This document shows, in pieces, positions 11,083 to 20,786 of a stretch of 64,000 nucleotides of DNA; within the stretch, counting starts at the first letter, position 1, and every line of letters begins with the position of its first letter. The notes below the pieces were generated by a model, which was given only the letters and a program-made list of their open reading frames with translations, made no database searches and was not told where the DNA came from. A program made the position numbers and the translations under genes. Location: NCBI GenBank assembly GCA_046565505.1, contig JBKHYJ010000050.1, forward strand, positions 32,415-96,414. The letters run 5' to 3'. The DNA is from Blastocatellia bacterium. Lineage in GTDB: Bacteria > Acidobacteriota > Blastocatellia > UBA7656.

Positions 11083-11451
11083 CAACGCAAACTCCCGCAG
11101 GCATAAATGAATGCACAACAAAAATCAAGGAGGCCACAAGGAAGCCTCCCGAAGTCCAAAAGATATTAGCGAACCTCGGCCATTAGCCGCCGCTGGTGGT
11201 GTGACCAAAACATGGGCTCTTTCTCATCATGATTATGTACCTCCGTTTACCTACGCTAAAATTATAGGCTATCGCGAATACCGATTCAATCCGAAACGTC
11301 ACCCATGATAGTCGCCCCATACTAAAAGTCAAGACGCACTTTCGATCCCCGGCTCGCTATTAACACAAGCCACGGCGGGTGTCTTCAATCGCGAGCGGCC
11401 TGGAATTCGCGGCCCGCCGGCCTTCTGTTTTCCGCGTCCTGGCCCCCCCGG

Positions 11452-12063
11452 CTACTGGCTGCTGACCGTGAGATTGTTAACTACGCGGCGCACGCCCTTG
11501 ACGGCTTTTGCGACTTTTTCGGCGCGCGCCTTGATCTCTTCGCTTGGCACGTTACCGCTGAGAGTCGCCGTCCCGTCCGCGAATTTCACGTCAATCGGAT
11601 GCGTGCGAAGCTCCTGATCGTCCAGCAATTTCGTAGTCACATCAACCTCTATGCTCGTGTCTGTGACGGCGGGCGTGCTGGAGGTCGATGGCGCGGGGGA
11701 CGACGCGCCGGGGACGGGCACTGGGACCGGCACGGGGACCGTGGTCGGCTGCGACTGCGAAGGCGGCACGACTACGACAGGGGGTTGCTGTTGGGACGGC
11801 TGCGCCGCGGCGCGGGCCGCGTCCGCCCTGGCCCTGTCACGCTCAATCTCCAACTGGGATTCGCGGGCCTGCCGGTTGTTGTTCAGGATCATCATCGTGA
11901 TGAGCACGGCCGCCGCGATAGCGGCGATGACCAGGGCCGCGATGGCCGCGCCCGACATCCCGCGCCGCTCGTGGATCACCGAGTCATACTGAGTCTCAAC
12001 CACCGGCCGTCTTCCGACCGGCACGTCTTCGATTACTGTGCGCCTCTCTTGAATTTCAGCCAT
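11452..12063 (-). CDS. BON domain membrane protein
   Basis: TM helix, Pro-rich linker, C-terminal IDVKFADGTATLSGNV...VKGVRRVVNNLTV. Confidence 0.88.
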   Translation of the reverse strand: MAEIQERRTVIEDVPVGRRPVVETQYDSVIHERRGMSGAAIAALVIAAIAAAVLITMMILNNNRQARESQLEIERDRARADAARAAAQPSQQQPPVVVVPPSQSQPTTVPVPVPVPVPGASSPAPSTSSTPAVTDTSIEVDVTTKLLDDQELRTHPIDVKFADGTATLSGNVPSEEIKARAEKVAKAVKGVRRVVNNLTVSSQ

Positions 12064-12305
12064 TTTATTTCCTACCTTTCTCGCGCCGACGCCTGCCTCG
12101 GCTCAGATAGAGTGATATTAAAATCGCGCCGCAGTTGTATCGGAACGCGGCATAGAAAAATGACGCGCGTACCGAAACGGACCGCCGTGCGGAGCTAAAT
12201 CATAGCCCACTTCAAATTCCGCAATGTGCGTGCCGCAAAGCGGCTTCGGATTTTGGATTGCGAGTTGCGGGCATAGCCCCGTGAGTTAAACTCTGGGTAA
12301 AGGTT

Positions 12306-13025
12306 ATGAGAAGAGGTGAGCGCGGCCTGCCGGCCGACTTCCCCGGATACTTGATGCATTCGGACGAAGACACCCCCGTGCCTTCATGGGAACAGGTCAC
12401 GCGCAGCGTCGCGCGCCGAGACGAAGAGATGATTGCTCATGCCTCGCGGATAATCGCGGGCGCCGATGACGAGGCGGTCGCGCGCGCCGCCTGGGGCCTC
12501 TACCCCCCGGGCACTAAGCGGTCCGTCGCGCTGTTCGTGGATAAGATTTACGACGAAGGCTGGTTGGACGCCGTCGGTCGGATAAGGAATGCGTGGGATG
12601 GGGGCCTCTACTTTTGGCCGCGCGCGACGGCCCACGGCACGCTGCGCGACCTGCTCGACGCGAAGTCGGGCAGGGGCGGGTCTTATACATTTTGCAGCTT
12701 GCGAAATGGGCTGTTCGCCTACATCAACGCCTGGAACCACAGGGCATGGCGACTGGCATGGATGGAGACTGACGAGGCGGGCGCGGCCCTGCACGTAGGC
12801 ATCTTCAAAGATGGCTCGGCCGAGGTCCATATGGAAGTCTTCAACCCGCTCTTCATCAAGGGCGCGCCGCCCGCGGATGTCGTCCGCATCCCGCTCGTCG
12901 GCTCGTACAATCACAGGCAGTTCCTACTGCACAGGAGGTGGGAGCAGGCCGGGTACGCCGCGGTCACACGCACGTCCGCGAACTTCTACCACCTGATGCG
13001 CGGGCGCGTGCCGCTGTCGTTTTAG
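12306..13025 (+). CDS. Hypothetical protein
   Basis: 239-aa ORF with host-like codon usage; no motif recognised; start uncertain. Confidence 0.6.
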   Translation: MRRGERGLPADFPGYLMHSDEDTPVPSWEQVTRSVARRDEEMIAHASRIIAGADDEAVARAAWGLYPPGTKRSVALFVDKIYDEGWLDAVGRIRNAWDGGLYFWPRATAHGTLRDLLDAKSGRGGSYTFCSLRNGLFAYINAWNHRAWRLAWMETDEAGAALHVGIFKDGSAEVHMEVFNPLFIKGAPPADVVRIPLVGSYNHRQFLLHRRWEQAGYAAVTRTSANFYHLMRGRVPLSF

Positions 13026-13201
13026 AAGGGTTCCCGCGCGATACTCGCGCGCGGCACCTCGGGACCTGAATCCTGCTTTGCCTTTTTACTTATGCGTTTC
13101 TATAATCAGTCTCTACTCTTAGTAAACATCTAGCCTGTCTGGAGAACGCTGATAAGCGCGAGTAAAGTTTCAGCGGCGTTAAACGAATCACAGGAGGATA
13201 A

Positions 13202-13816
13202 ATGCTAATTCCGAAGCGCTCACTAATACCAACGTCCGATCAGGTGTGCGAGCTTTTGAAGGAGACGGGCGCGCTGCGCGAGGGCCACTTCGAGTTCCCC
13301 AACGGGCTGCACTCATCGCACTACTTCCAGATGCCGCTCGCGATGCGCTACCACGGCAACGCCCGCGTCTTGAACGTAGCCCTGTCGCGCATGCTTCGCA
13401 GGGAGCCGGAGGTTCTGGCGGCGCTGCCCGACTGCGCGATAGTCGCGCCCGCCGCCGGCGGCATACCCGTGGCTTTCGGCATACGCGAGGCCCTTAACGC
13501 CGACCAGATTTTCTGGGCAGAGAAGGATGACGGCCGCTACCACTTCCGCCAGTACCTCGACGCGCGGTCGATAAAGTGCATAATCGTCGACGACATCGTA
13601 AGGTCGGGCAAGGTCATCTCGCAGATGCTAAATCTGGTCCGCCAGGCGGGGGCCGAAGTCATCGCCATTGGCTCGCTGGTACACTTCAAGGACGCGCAGC
13701 TCGATACGGGCGGCGTGCCTTACTACTCGCTGATCGACGTGGAGACGCAATTTCATTCGCCGGAATCATGCCCGGACTGCAAGGCGGGTGAGCCGCTGGA
13801 AAAAGTCTGGGTGTGA
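13202..13816 (+). CDS. pyrE: Orotate phosphoribosyltransferase (host copy)
   Basis: ALREGHF...LHS..YFQ, PRPP loop IIVDDIVRSG, C-terminal CPDC; AGGAGG RBS. Confidence 0.78.
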   Translation: MLIPKRSLIPTSDQVCELLKETGALREGHFEFPNGLHSSHYFQMPLAMRYHGNARVLNVALSRMLRREPEVLAALPDCAIVAPAAGGIPVAFGIREALNADQIFWAEKDDGRYHFRQYLDARSIKCIIVDDIVRSGKVISQMLNLVRQAGAEVIAIGSLVHFKDAQLDTGGVPYYSLIDVETQFHSPESCPDCKAGEPLEKVWV

Positions 13817-13936
13817 TCTTCGAGGGGGCGGGCAGCAACCGGCCTGAGAATCCCTGATCCCGGGTGTATTCTGAAGCGCGAAGCATAGCGCCCGCCCCGC
13901 ACGTCCGACCGCAACCTTATTTCGAGGATAAAAGAT

Positions 13937-14911
13937 ATGCAAAATCTCCCCGGGCGCAACCCTGTTGTTTTAACGCTACTGGCGATTATCTGTTCGCTCG
14001 CCCTTTCGGCGGCGGCGCGACCGCAAACGAAGGACTCGGCCGCAGGCCAGGTTAAGGCCGCCTCGCCGCAGCCCGCCATGCTGCCGCAAGCGCCGCCCGG
14101 CGCGGCGGATAAATTCGCGACCATCTATGGCGCGAAGATTCATTACCTGGAGGCGGGCAGCGGCCCCGCCGTCATACTGCTGCACGGGCTCGGCGGCGAT
14201 GTGTCTAACTGGTTCGCGACAATAGGGCCACTCTCCGAAAAGTACCGCGTGATAGTGCCGGACCAGATAGGCTTCGGCCGCTCGGATAAGCCTATGATTA
14301 ACTACCGCGTCGGCACGCTCGTCGATTTTTTGGACGCGCTCTACAAAGAGCTGAAGATCGAGCGCGCGACGCTGGTCGGCAATTCGCTCGGCGGCTGGAC
14401 CGCGGCTGCATACGCGCTGGCGCACCCGGACAGGGTCGAGCGCCTCGTGCTTGTGGACGCGGCGGGATTCGCCCTCACCGGCGACGTGAACCCGCGCACG
14501 CTCAACGGGCTGAGCCCTTCGACGCTCGAAGGAGCGAAACAACTCTTGGCTCAAATCTTTTACAACAAGCAGATGTTCGGCAGCGACGCCGCGGCGGGGC
14601 TGATGCTGACGCGGCGAATGATGGCGGGCGACGGCTATACAATCCAGCGGTTCATCGACTCTATCGTCAACGGCGAAGACGTGCTCGACAAGAGGCTTTC
14701 CGCGATCAAGCAGCCGACGCTCATCATCTGGGGCAGGGAAGACCTGCTGACGCCGCTGGCGATGGGCGAACGATTCAAGAAAGAGATCAACGGGTCGGAG
14801 CTTCTCGTCATCGAGAAGTGCGGGCACGTCCCGCAGCTTGAAAAATCCGCCGAATTCAACGCGGCGTTAATGAAGTTCATCGGCGGCGACATGGCGAGTA
14901 AGAAAAATTAA
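13937..14911 (+). CDS. Alpha/beta hydrolase
   Basis: LLHGLGG, DQIGFGRS, GNSLGG nucleophile, WGRED and CGH. Confidence 0.92.
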   Translation: MQNLPGRNPVVLTLLAIICSLALSAAARPQTKDSAAGQVKAASPQPAMLPQAPPGAADKFATIYGAKIHYLEAGSGPAVILLHGLGGDVSNWFATIGPLSEKYRVIVPDQIGFGRSDKPMINYRVGTLVDFLDALYKELKIERATLVGNSLGGWTAAAYALAHPDRVERLVLVDAAGFALTGDVNPRTLNGLSPSTLEGAKQLLAQIFYNKQMFGSDAAAGLMLTRRMMAGDGYTIQRFIDSIVNGEDVLDKRLSAIKQPTLIIWGREDLLTPLAMGERFKKEINGSELLVIEKCGHVPQLEKSAEFNAALMKFIGGDMASKKN

Positions 14912-14994
14912 ACGAGTGTAAGTCGGGTGGGGGCGGCCGGTGGGCGGGAGCGCCCGGGCCTCCGCCCGGCCCGGGTCCGTTTAACGCCCGCCGC

Positions 14995-16158
14995 CTAGCC
15001 GCCCGCCACCCTTTTCGGAATCAGAATGGCCCGCTCTATCTCGAATACCTTTTGCGCGAATCTCCCCCCGAACAAGTCTTCGCCATCGGCCACGAGCCGC
15101 GCAGGTCTTTCGTTTTTAAGTCCGACGAGGTGGAACATGACCACGCCCGCATGCTCGTTATAGTCATGTTTTCCGACCACCCGAGAGGCCGCGTAAAGCG
15201 TGTCCCCCGCGACGACCGGCTGAGGGTGGCTGCCCTTGTCGTAGCCAATTTCCCAAAGCGCGTTGGCGGTCGTGTCGCGGCTGGCGAGCGAGGCGACCCA
15301 GGCGAAGACCAGCCCGCCGCACACCACGCGGGTCCCTGCGAAGCTGTGCTCGCGCGAGTAAACTTCGTCGAAGTGCAGCGGGTGACTGTTGCGGGAGAGC
15401 ATGGTCAGTTGCATGTGCTCGCTCTCGCCCACGGTGCGGCCATTGCTGTGCAGTATCACGTCCCCCTCATGGTAATCCTCCAACAGCCCCATCGGGCGGC
15501 CGGGCCATTTAGGCGACCGGATCTGAAGCGCGAGCTCTTTGGGCAGCGCCCCGACGCTGCTAGACACGTGGCTGGTCGCCAGGCGCCTCGCCTCGTCCGC
15601 CGCCGGCAAATTACCTGTCGTGCGCGGGCGGTTGTTGAGCGATTCAGTTAACGCGGGGTGGGCGCGGCCCTCTAGATTGCCGACTGGTATGAGGGCCTTA
15701 CGCTCGAATGAAATTACCGTAACGCCGTCTTGATTGACTCCGGTTATTCGCACATGGACGATGCCGCGGTCGGCATTCGATTCGGACCGGCGCACGCCCA
15801 ATACTTCCGACGAAACGGCGAGCGTGTCGCCCGGGTACGCGGCGTTGGGGAACTTCAAATCTATGTAGGCGAGGTGCGCTATGGTCTGCTCGGAAACGTC
15901 GTGGACGGAAAAGCTGAGCGCGAGGTTCATCAGCACCATAGGGTGAACGACCCTGTCGCGGAAGCCCAAGTCGCGCGCGAAACGGCGGCTCGAATAGATC
16001 GGGTTCGGGTCCAGGAACGACGCGGCAAACATCGCGAGCATCCCTTCGTCGATGGTCACTTCCCACGGGTGGTTATAGACTTCGCCGATTCCGAAATCAC
16101 CCAGCAGCCGGCCGTAGCGCGGCTCTATCACCCTGCGCCCTTTATTCGCGTCAGACAT
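14995..16158 (-). CDS. Double MaoC-domain dehydratase (mesaconyl-CoA hydratase-like)
   Basis: Two hot-dog domains (FSVHDVSE; NSHPLHFD...PVVAGDTL); overlaps the lyase gene. Confidence 0.8.
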   Translation of the reverse strand: MSDANKGRRVIEPRYGRLLGDFGIGEVYNHPWEVTIDEGMLAMFAASFLDPNPIYSSRRFARDLGFRDRVVHPMVLMNLALSFSVHDVSEQTIAHLAYIDLKFPNAAYPGDTLAVSSEVLGVRRSESNADRGIVHVRITGVNQDGVTVISFERKALIPVGNLEGRAHPALTESLNNRPRTTGNLPAADEARRLATSHVSSSVGALPKELALQIRSPKWPGRPMGLLEDYHEGDVILHSNGRTVGESEHMQLTMLSRNSHPLHFDEVYSREHSFAGTRVVCGGLVFAWVASLASRDTTANALWEIGYDKGSHPQPVVAGDTLYAASRVVGKHDYNEHAGVVMFHLVGLKNERPARLVADGEDLFGGRFAQKVFEIERAILIPKRVAGG

Positions 16159-17233
16159 GGTCAGCCCCCAGTCCTAATTCTGTTGCCACCCCCTCGTCGA
16201 GGCGGCCGAGCGCGTAAGCCATCTTCAGCGTGTTTCGATTCACGCGGTCCGTGGCGCGGTCTGCCATCTTGCCGGCGATCATGGCCGCGCCGCGCCCCTC
16301 GCGCTCGGCCTCAAGGAACATCTTCGCCTCGGCGACCGCGCGGCTTATCTCTTCGTCGGAGACCTGAAATATCTCGACAGCCATAGCCGTCTGCTCAGGT
16401 ATCCCCGTCCACTTGCCGGCGAAACCGAACTTGCGCGCCAGCGTCGCGTCGCGCCGGAACTCTTCCACCGCCGCGCGCCGCTCCTCTTCGCTCTTATCGC
16501 GAGTCGGGTAATTCGTGGTCATCTCCGCGATGGCCGGTATGCCCACAGACGCGGCGGCCTTGACTATGGAGGCGCGGGCCTGATTGATGAGCGGGTGGTC
16601 CGCCTTGTAGGCAGACGCGCTCATCCCCAGGCTCGCCCAGTAGTCGTAAGAGCCGAACACGAGCCCCGCGAGCCGCTTCGACGAGCGCGCTATGTCGAAC
16701 GCGTTCTCTTCGGCGGCCACGGATTCGATAAGCGGCTCGATGCGTATCCTGCCGACAGGGAGGTTGAGGCGGTTTTCGAGCGCCGCGAGCGTTTCGTCGA
16801 TAGAGCGCACCTCATCCCCGCTTTCAATCTTCGGGTAGATTAAGCCGTCGAGCCGCGCGCCCGCCTGCTCGACTATGGTCGCTATGTCTTCATGCCCGGG
16901 GTCAAGCTCCGCGCCCCGCGGGCGAAAGAACCTCAGGCGCGAGCCCCAGTCAAGCTCGTTGAATGCGCGTATCACGTTCGCGCGCCCGCGTTCGAGCATC
17001 TCTCGGTTATCGCGCGGAATTGAATCTTCCAGGTCAAGCATGACGAGATTAGCCTTCGACTTGGTGACCGCGCCTTCGACGTATCTCCAAACCGTCGCGG
17101 GCGTCGTGAGGTGGGCCATCTGAAGAAGGTATTTCGGATCAAGCTCGATCACCTGACGGCGGTAGCGATTGATGATCTCCTGGTTCCGCTCGCGCGCCGC
17201 CCTCGTAATGTCAGCAGTAGCCCGTGTCTCCAT
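16151..17233 (-). CDS. CitE/HpcH family acyl-CoA lyase (malyl-/citramalyl-CoA lyase-like)
   Basis: MLDLEDS, YPKIES, LIES, FGSYDY and GFAGK motifs. Confidence 0.85.
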   Translation of the reverse strand: METRATADITRAARERNQEIINRYRRQVIELDPKYLLQMAHLTTPATVWRYVEGAVTKSKANLVMLDLEDSIPRDNREMLERGRANVIRAFNELDWGSRLRFFRPRGAELDPGHEDIATIVEQAGARLDGLIYPKIESGDEVRSIDETLAALENRLNLPVGRIRIEPLIESVAAEENAFDIARSSKRLAGLVFGSYDYWASLGMSASAYKADHPLINQARASIVKAAASVGIPAIAEMTTNYPTRDKSEEERRAAVEEFRRDATLARKFGFAGKWTGIPEQTAMAVEIFQVSDEEISRAVAEAKMFLEAEREGRGAAMIAGKMADRATDRVNRNTLKMAYALGRLDEGVATELGLGADHV

Positions 17234-17587
17234 CCGCCGTGATTCTCCTGTGCCTCATTCGGATTGTTGCCGCAGTGGTCGATTGTAGCAGAGAAATTGA
17301 CGCGTGGGCAGTTGTCTGTAAGTTGGAGCCGGACCCACCGAACAATAAAGTATGCATGCCAGCAGGGTTAACTACGGCGCGCCGGCCTTGTCATTTATAA
17401 CCGTCTTCTGCTGTCCCTATACGCCTGTTGATTCGTTCTCAAGTGGTACGCTTCTGTATCGAAGCGTTTCAACCGTGCCGCTAGTATAACGCGCATTCCG
17501 GCAAAACGCGTGTAATTGCGGCCCTCACATCTGGTATTGAGGTTGCACTAACAAAAAGTTTAAGTAATTCAAAAACAGTCGAGGAAA

Positions 17588-19012
17588 ATGACACATATGA
17601 AGATTGCTTCGCGAATAATCGTGCCGCTCATCGCGGCCCTCGTCTTTGCCGCGCCGGGTTGTACGGCTCCCGCGCCGAATACGAATACTAACGCCACTTC
17701 AAACACGAATACGACTTCCAACACTAACACGGCGGCGACAGTCCCCGTGAGCACTAACACTCCCAGCCCGAACAATGTGACTGTGACGTTGCCGCTGCTG
17801 GATGCAATGTTCGCGGAAGAGAGTTTCGCGAACGATCTGAAGTCGAGATTGCAACTGACCGACGAGCAGGTGAGTAAGCTCAGAAACGTCGCGCGTGAAG
17901 CCACGTCGAAGCTGCGCGAGAGCAACGAAGGCGAGGCGCACCAGGGCACGACCGCCGCCGCGCGCTCCCAGGCCGAAGAGCAGATCAGGGCGACGATAGG
18001 CCCGGAAAAGACCCAGCAGTTGGCGGCTTATGTAGGCGAGCGGTATAGCGGAGGCGCGGGGGCTGCCCTGCCGCCACCTTCGCCCGTCATCTCCGCGCCA
18101 TCCGACACCCGGATTGTGGTCAACGCGCCCGCCTTCAGAATGGACTTGTTCCAGAATGGGCAGTTGGTTAAGACGTACAGAGTCGCCATAGGCTACCCCG
18201 AATTCCCGTTGCCGGTCGGCATGCGCAAAGCCGATACGATCATCTTCAACCCGACGTGGACGCCTCCCGACGAGCCCTGGGTCGAAGCGCCCGGCAGCAA
18301 GGTCAAAGTTGGCGAGACAGTCAAGGCCGGCGACAAGCTGAACCCGCTCGGCCCGATCAAGATCCCCATAGGATTGCCTTCGCTGATACATGGCGGAAAG
18401 ACTCCCGCCAGGATAGGCAACTTCGGCTCGCACGGGTGCGTCGGGCTGACCGACGCGCAGGTAAAGGATTTCGCGAGGCTGTTAGCGCAGACGGGCGGCG
18501 CGAGCCTGACCGACGCGCAGGTGGCCGAGTACGAGAAGAACAAGACCGAAACGAAGAGCGTTAAGCTGACGGCCGCCGTCCCCGTGGAGTTGCGCTACGA
18601 CACCATAACGGTGGAAGACGGGAAGCTGCACATCTACCGCGACGTTTATGATAAAGACACGAACACCGAGGAGAACCTTAGATCAGTGCTCCAGGCGTAT
18701 GGCGTTCGGCTTGAGCAACTGAGCGAGGTCGAGCGCGCGCAGGTGATGAACGCCCTCAAGGAGATGTCGCGCGACCCGAGCGGCAGGCTCGACAACTCGG
18801 GCGCGGCGGCGTCGAACGCGAACACCAACTCTAATTCAAAGAAGGCAGACAACACGAGCGCCAAGGTGACCCGCACAATCAAGGGGCAGAAAGAGGTAGT
18901 GATTGAGATAGCGGCGCTGCGAGGGAAAGGCTACCCGGCCCCTGTCAACCTCGACGCGGGCGGCTCCGCGCCCGAAGGCAAGCCCGTCACGGGCAAGAAG
19001 AAGAAGGCGTAA
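17588..19012 (+). CDS. L,D-transpeptidase (YkuD) lipoprotein
   Basis: Lipobox-like APGC, NPTWTPP, NPLGP and catalytic IHGG...SHGC. Confidence 0.9.
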   Translation: MTHMKIASRIIVPLIAALVFAAPGCTAPAPNTNTNATSNTNTTSNTNTAATVPVSTNTPSPNNVTVTLPLLDAMFAEESFANDLKSRLQLTDEQVSKLRNVAREATSKLRESNEGEAHQGTTAAARSQAEEQIRATIGPEKTQQLAAYVGERYSGGAGAALPPPSPVISAPSDTRIVVNAPAFRMDLFQNGQLVKTYRVAIGYPEFPLPVGMRKADTIIFNPTWTPPDEPWVEAPGSKVKVGETVKAGDKLNPLGPIKIPIGLPSLIHGGKTPARIGNFGSHGCVGLTDAQVKDFARLLAQTGGASLTDAQVAEYEKNKTETKSVKLTAAVPVELRYDTITVEDGKLHIYRDVYDKDTNTEENLRSVLQAYGVRLEQLSEVERAQVMNALKEMSRDPSGRLDNSGAAASNANTNSNSKKADNTSAKVTRTIKGQKEVVIEIAALRGKGYPAPVNLDAGGSAPEGKPVTGKKKKA

Positions 19013-19079
19013 GGCGCTTCGGGGGCCGGCCGGCGAGAGGTCGCGTGTGGGCGTTTGCGCGCAGACTCATCGGCCGGCC

Positions 19080-19931
19080 CTACTGTTTCCCCGCGAGAAG
19101 AGGGTAAGGATTAATCGGCTCGCCGCCGCTCCACTTGCCCGGCTGGCTCGGCTTAGATATGGCGAAGTGCAGGTGGAAATTCCCCGCCCCCGCGTTACCC
19201 GTGTCGCCAACGTACCCGATTACGTCGCCGCGCTTCAATTGCTTTCCTTCCGCGACGCCGTCCGCGTACCGCAACAGGTGCGCGTAATAAAAATAGTAGA
19301 GGCCCGAGGAGTCTAATTGATAGAGCGTGATGCCGCCCTTCTCGCTCTGAAAGAGCTTCGCCACCGTCCCGTCAGTCGCCGCGAGGACGGGCGTACCCTG
19401 CGGGGCCATTATGTCCAACGCCTGGTGCTGCCTTCCCTCTGAGCGCCCGTCGTTGAAGCAATCGCGCAACTGGCCTGCGTTGATGCCTGCGACGGGGATA
19501 ATCAAGCCCTTCATCTTCAGCGAACTCAAATCCGCCTCGCTAACCGCGCCGAATCCCGTGGGCGGTGGCGTAGTCGTGGGTGGTGGTGGCGGCGCCACAG
19601 GTGGCGGTGATGGCTCGACCGGCACAGGTGCAGCGGCAGGCGCAGCCTCTGGCGTGACGGCGGGGGCCGTCGAAGCCGCGGCCCCCGGATTCGGCTCAGC
19701 GGGAGTCAACACGGCAGTAGCAGTAGAGTCGCCCGCGCCGGGTTCGGCCGGGCCGCCCGGGGCACTCGCATCCGAAGAAGGCGCTTCAGCCGCGGGCGCG
19801 GCGTCGCGCGACCTGAAGGCGCCGGAAGGCGATTCGAGATTCATTAAAATTACCGCGCTCAGAATAAAGATAACGCCGGAAACTATTATAATGGGTGCTC
19901 GCCTTCTTGCGAATATCCTGGAATTTCTCAT
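19080..19931 (-). CDS. M23 family metallopeptidase
   Basis: HQALD, YAHL and HLH motifs, N-terminal TM, Pro-rich linker; GGAGG RBS before ATG 19931. Confidence 0.92.
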   Translation of the reverse strand: MRNSRIFARRRAPIIIVSGVIFILSAVILMNLESPSGAFRSRDAAPAAEAPSSDASAPGGPAEPGAGDSTATAVLTPAEPNPGAAASTAPAVTPEAAPAAAPVPVEPSPPPVAPPPPPTTTPPPTGFGAVSEADLSSLKMKGLIIPVAGINAGQLRDCFNDGRSEGRQHQALDIMAPQGTPVLAATDGTVAKLFQSEKGGITLYQLDSSGLYYFYYAHLLRYADGVAEGKQLKRGDVIGYVGDTGNAGAGNFHLHFAISKPSQPGKWSGGEPINPYPLLAGKQ

Positions 19932-20266
19932 AGCCGGCCTCCAATCAAGTACGGAATATAAACATTCAACCTCCGCGCGCAATGGCGCTAATAATAATGA
20001 GCAATCAGTACGCCATGATCGCACCGCGTGATAGACGAGAATTCAATCCGGGCGGCTCAGACACGAAGAGAACCGCGCGCATGGCATTGAGGGACCGCGC
20101 CGCCGTCAGTCTGTCTGTTGCGAACGCTTGACTTTGTGCAATGCAGCTTTGCTCGCGCGAGTAGACGTGGAGAGGGAGTGGTCAATAGCTGCCCTCTCAT
20201 GATCCCATTTTGCTCTGGTCTTAACACTCACCAGGTAACAGAACCGTAGTAGCCGACCTATCCGCC

Positions 20267-20440
20267 TCAGTTATAAAAGGCCAAATCAAAGTCGTGCCCG
20301 CCCAGGAATTTGAACGGTATCTTTCGGTACTCGACGGAGGAGGGTATGGTGCGCTCTTTATTGCCCTTTCCCCGAACGGTGATAAGAAGGTTGTCGAAAT
20401 CTACCTTGCCGCTTCTTTAGCCGAGATAACTCACTGCTAG
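20267..20440 (-). pseudogene. Decayed XerC/D-like tyrosine recombinase fragment
   Basis: Minus-strand translation VDFDNLLITVRGKGNKERTIP, bounded by stops and frameshifts; absent from the ORF track. Confidence 0.7.
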
Positions 20441-20637
20441 AGGTCCGTCTTTATGAGTTCCTTGGCGACTGCTTACGGAGGGCCTTGAAACAATAGGAAA
20501 GATACACTAAAGTATCTCCTGAACAGTTCTTTAGATGCCGTTTCTCTTTGAGAAATTGTTTGAACAGCGTTTCCATTTACCCTCCTAAAGCGAGCACTCG
20601 ATTGCGAGTGTTAGAAAAGGTAAATGTCGAAGACAAT

Positions 20638-20710
20638 GGGGCTATAGCTCAGCTGGGAGAGCGCTTGAGTGGCACTCAAGAGGTCGTCGGTTCGATCCCG
20701 ACTAGCTCCA
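20638..20710 (+). tRNA. tRNA-Ala(GGC), CCA not encoded
   Basis: GGGGCTA/TAGCTCC acceptor with G3:U70, anticodon arm CTTGA-GTGGCAC-TCAAG, GGTTCGATCC T-arm. Confidence 0.97.
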
Positions 20711-20715
20711 CTTTA
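20668..20715 (+). repeat. att repeat, left (3' half of tRNA-Ala)
   Basis: AGTGGCACTCAAGAGGTCGTCGGTTCGATCCCGACTAGCTCCACTTTA; 47/48 identical to 47221-47268. Confidence 0.95.
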
Positions 20716-20729
20716 ATTTTCAACAGGTT

Positions 20730-20760
20730 AAGGCTACCTATTGGGTAGCCTTTCTTGTTT
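20730..20760 (+). terminator. Intrinsic terminator after the tRNA
   Basis: AAGGCTACC / GGTAGCCTT stem followed by a T-rich tract. Confidence 0.75.
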
Positions 20761-20780
20761 GACAGCAATCTTGACAGCAA
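20759..20780 (+). repeat. Putative integrase arm-binding sites, left
   Basis: TTGACAGCAA twice with 12-bp period; TGACAGCA core also at 47106-47129. Confidence 0.75.
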
Positions 20781-20786
20781 CCGGTC

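Noticed and set aside
17675-17775. Asn/Thr low-complexity repeats
   Set aside because: Ordinary lipoprotein linker
158-20031. Many long antisense or alternate-frame ORFs (e.g. 5669-6607, 8627-9694, 13976-14827)
   Set aside because: Shadow ORFs of GC-rich genes with no motifs or RBS; the opposite frame has clear family signatures
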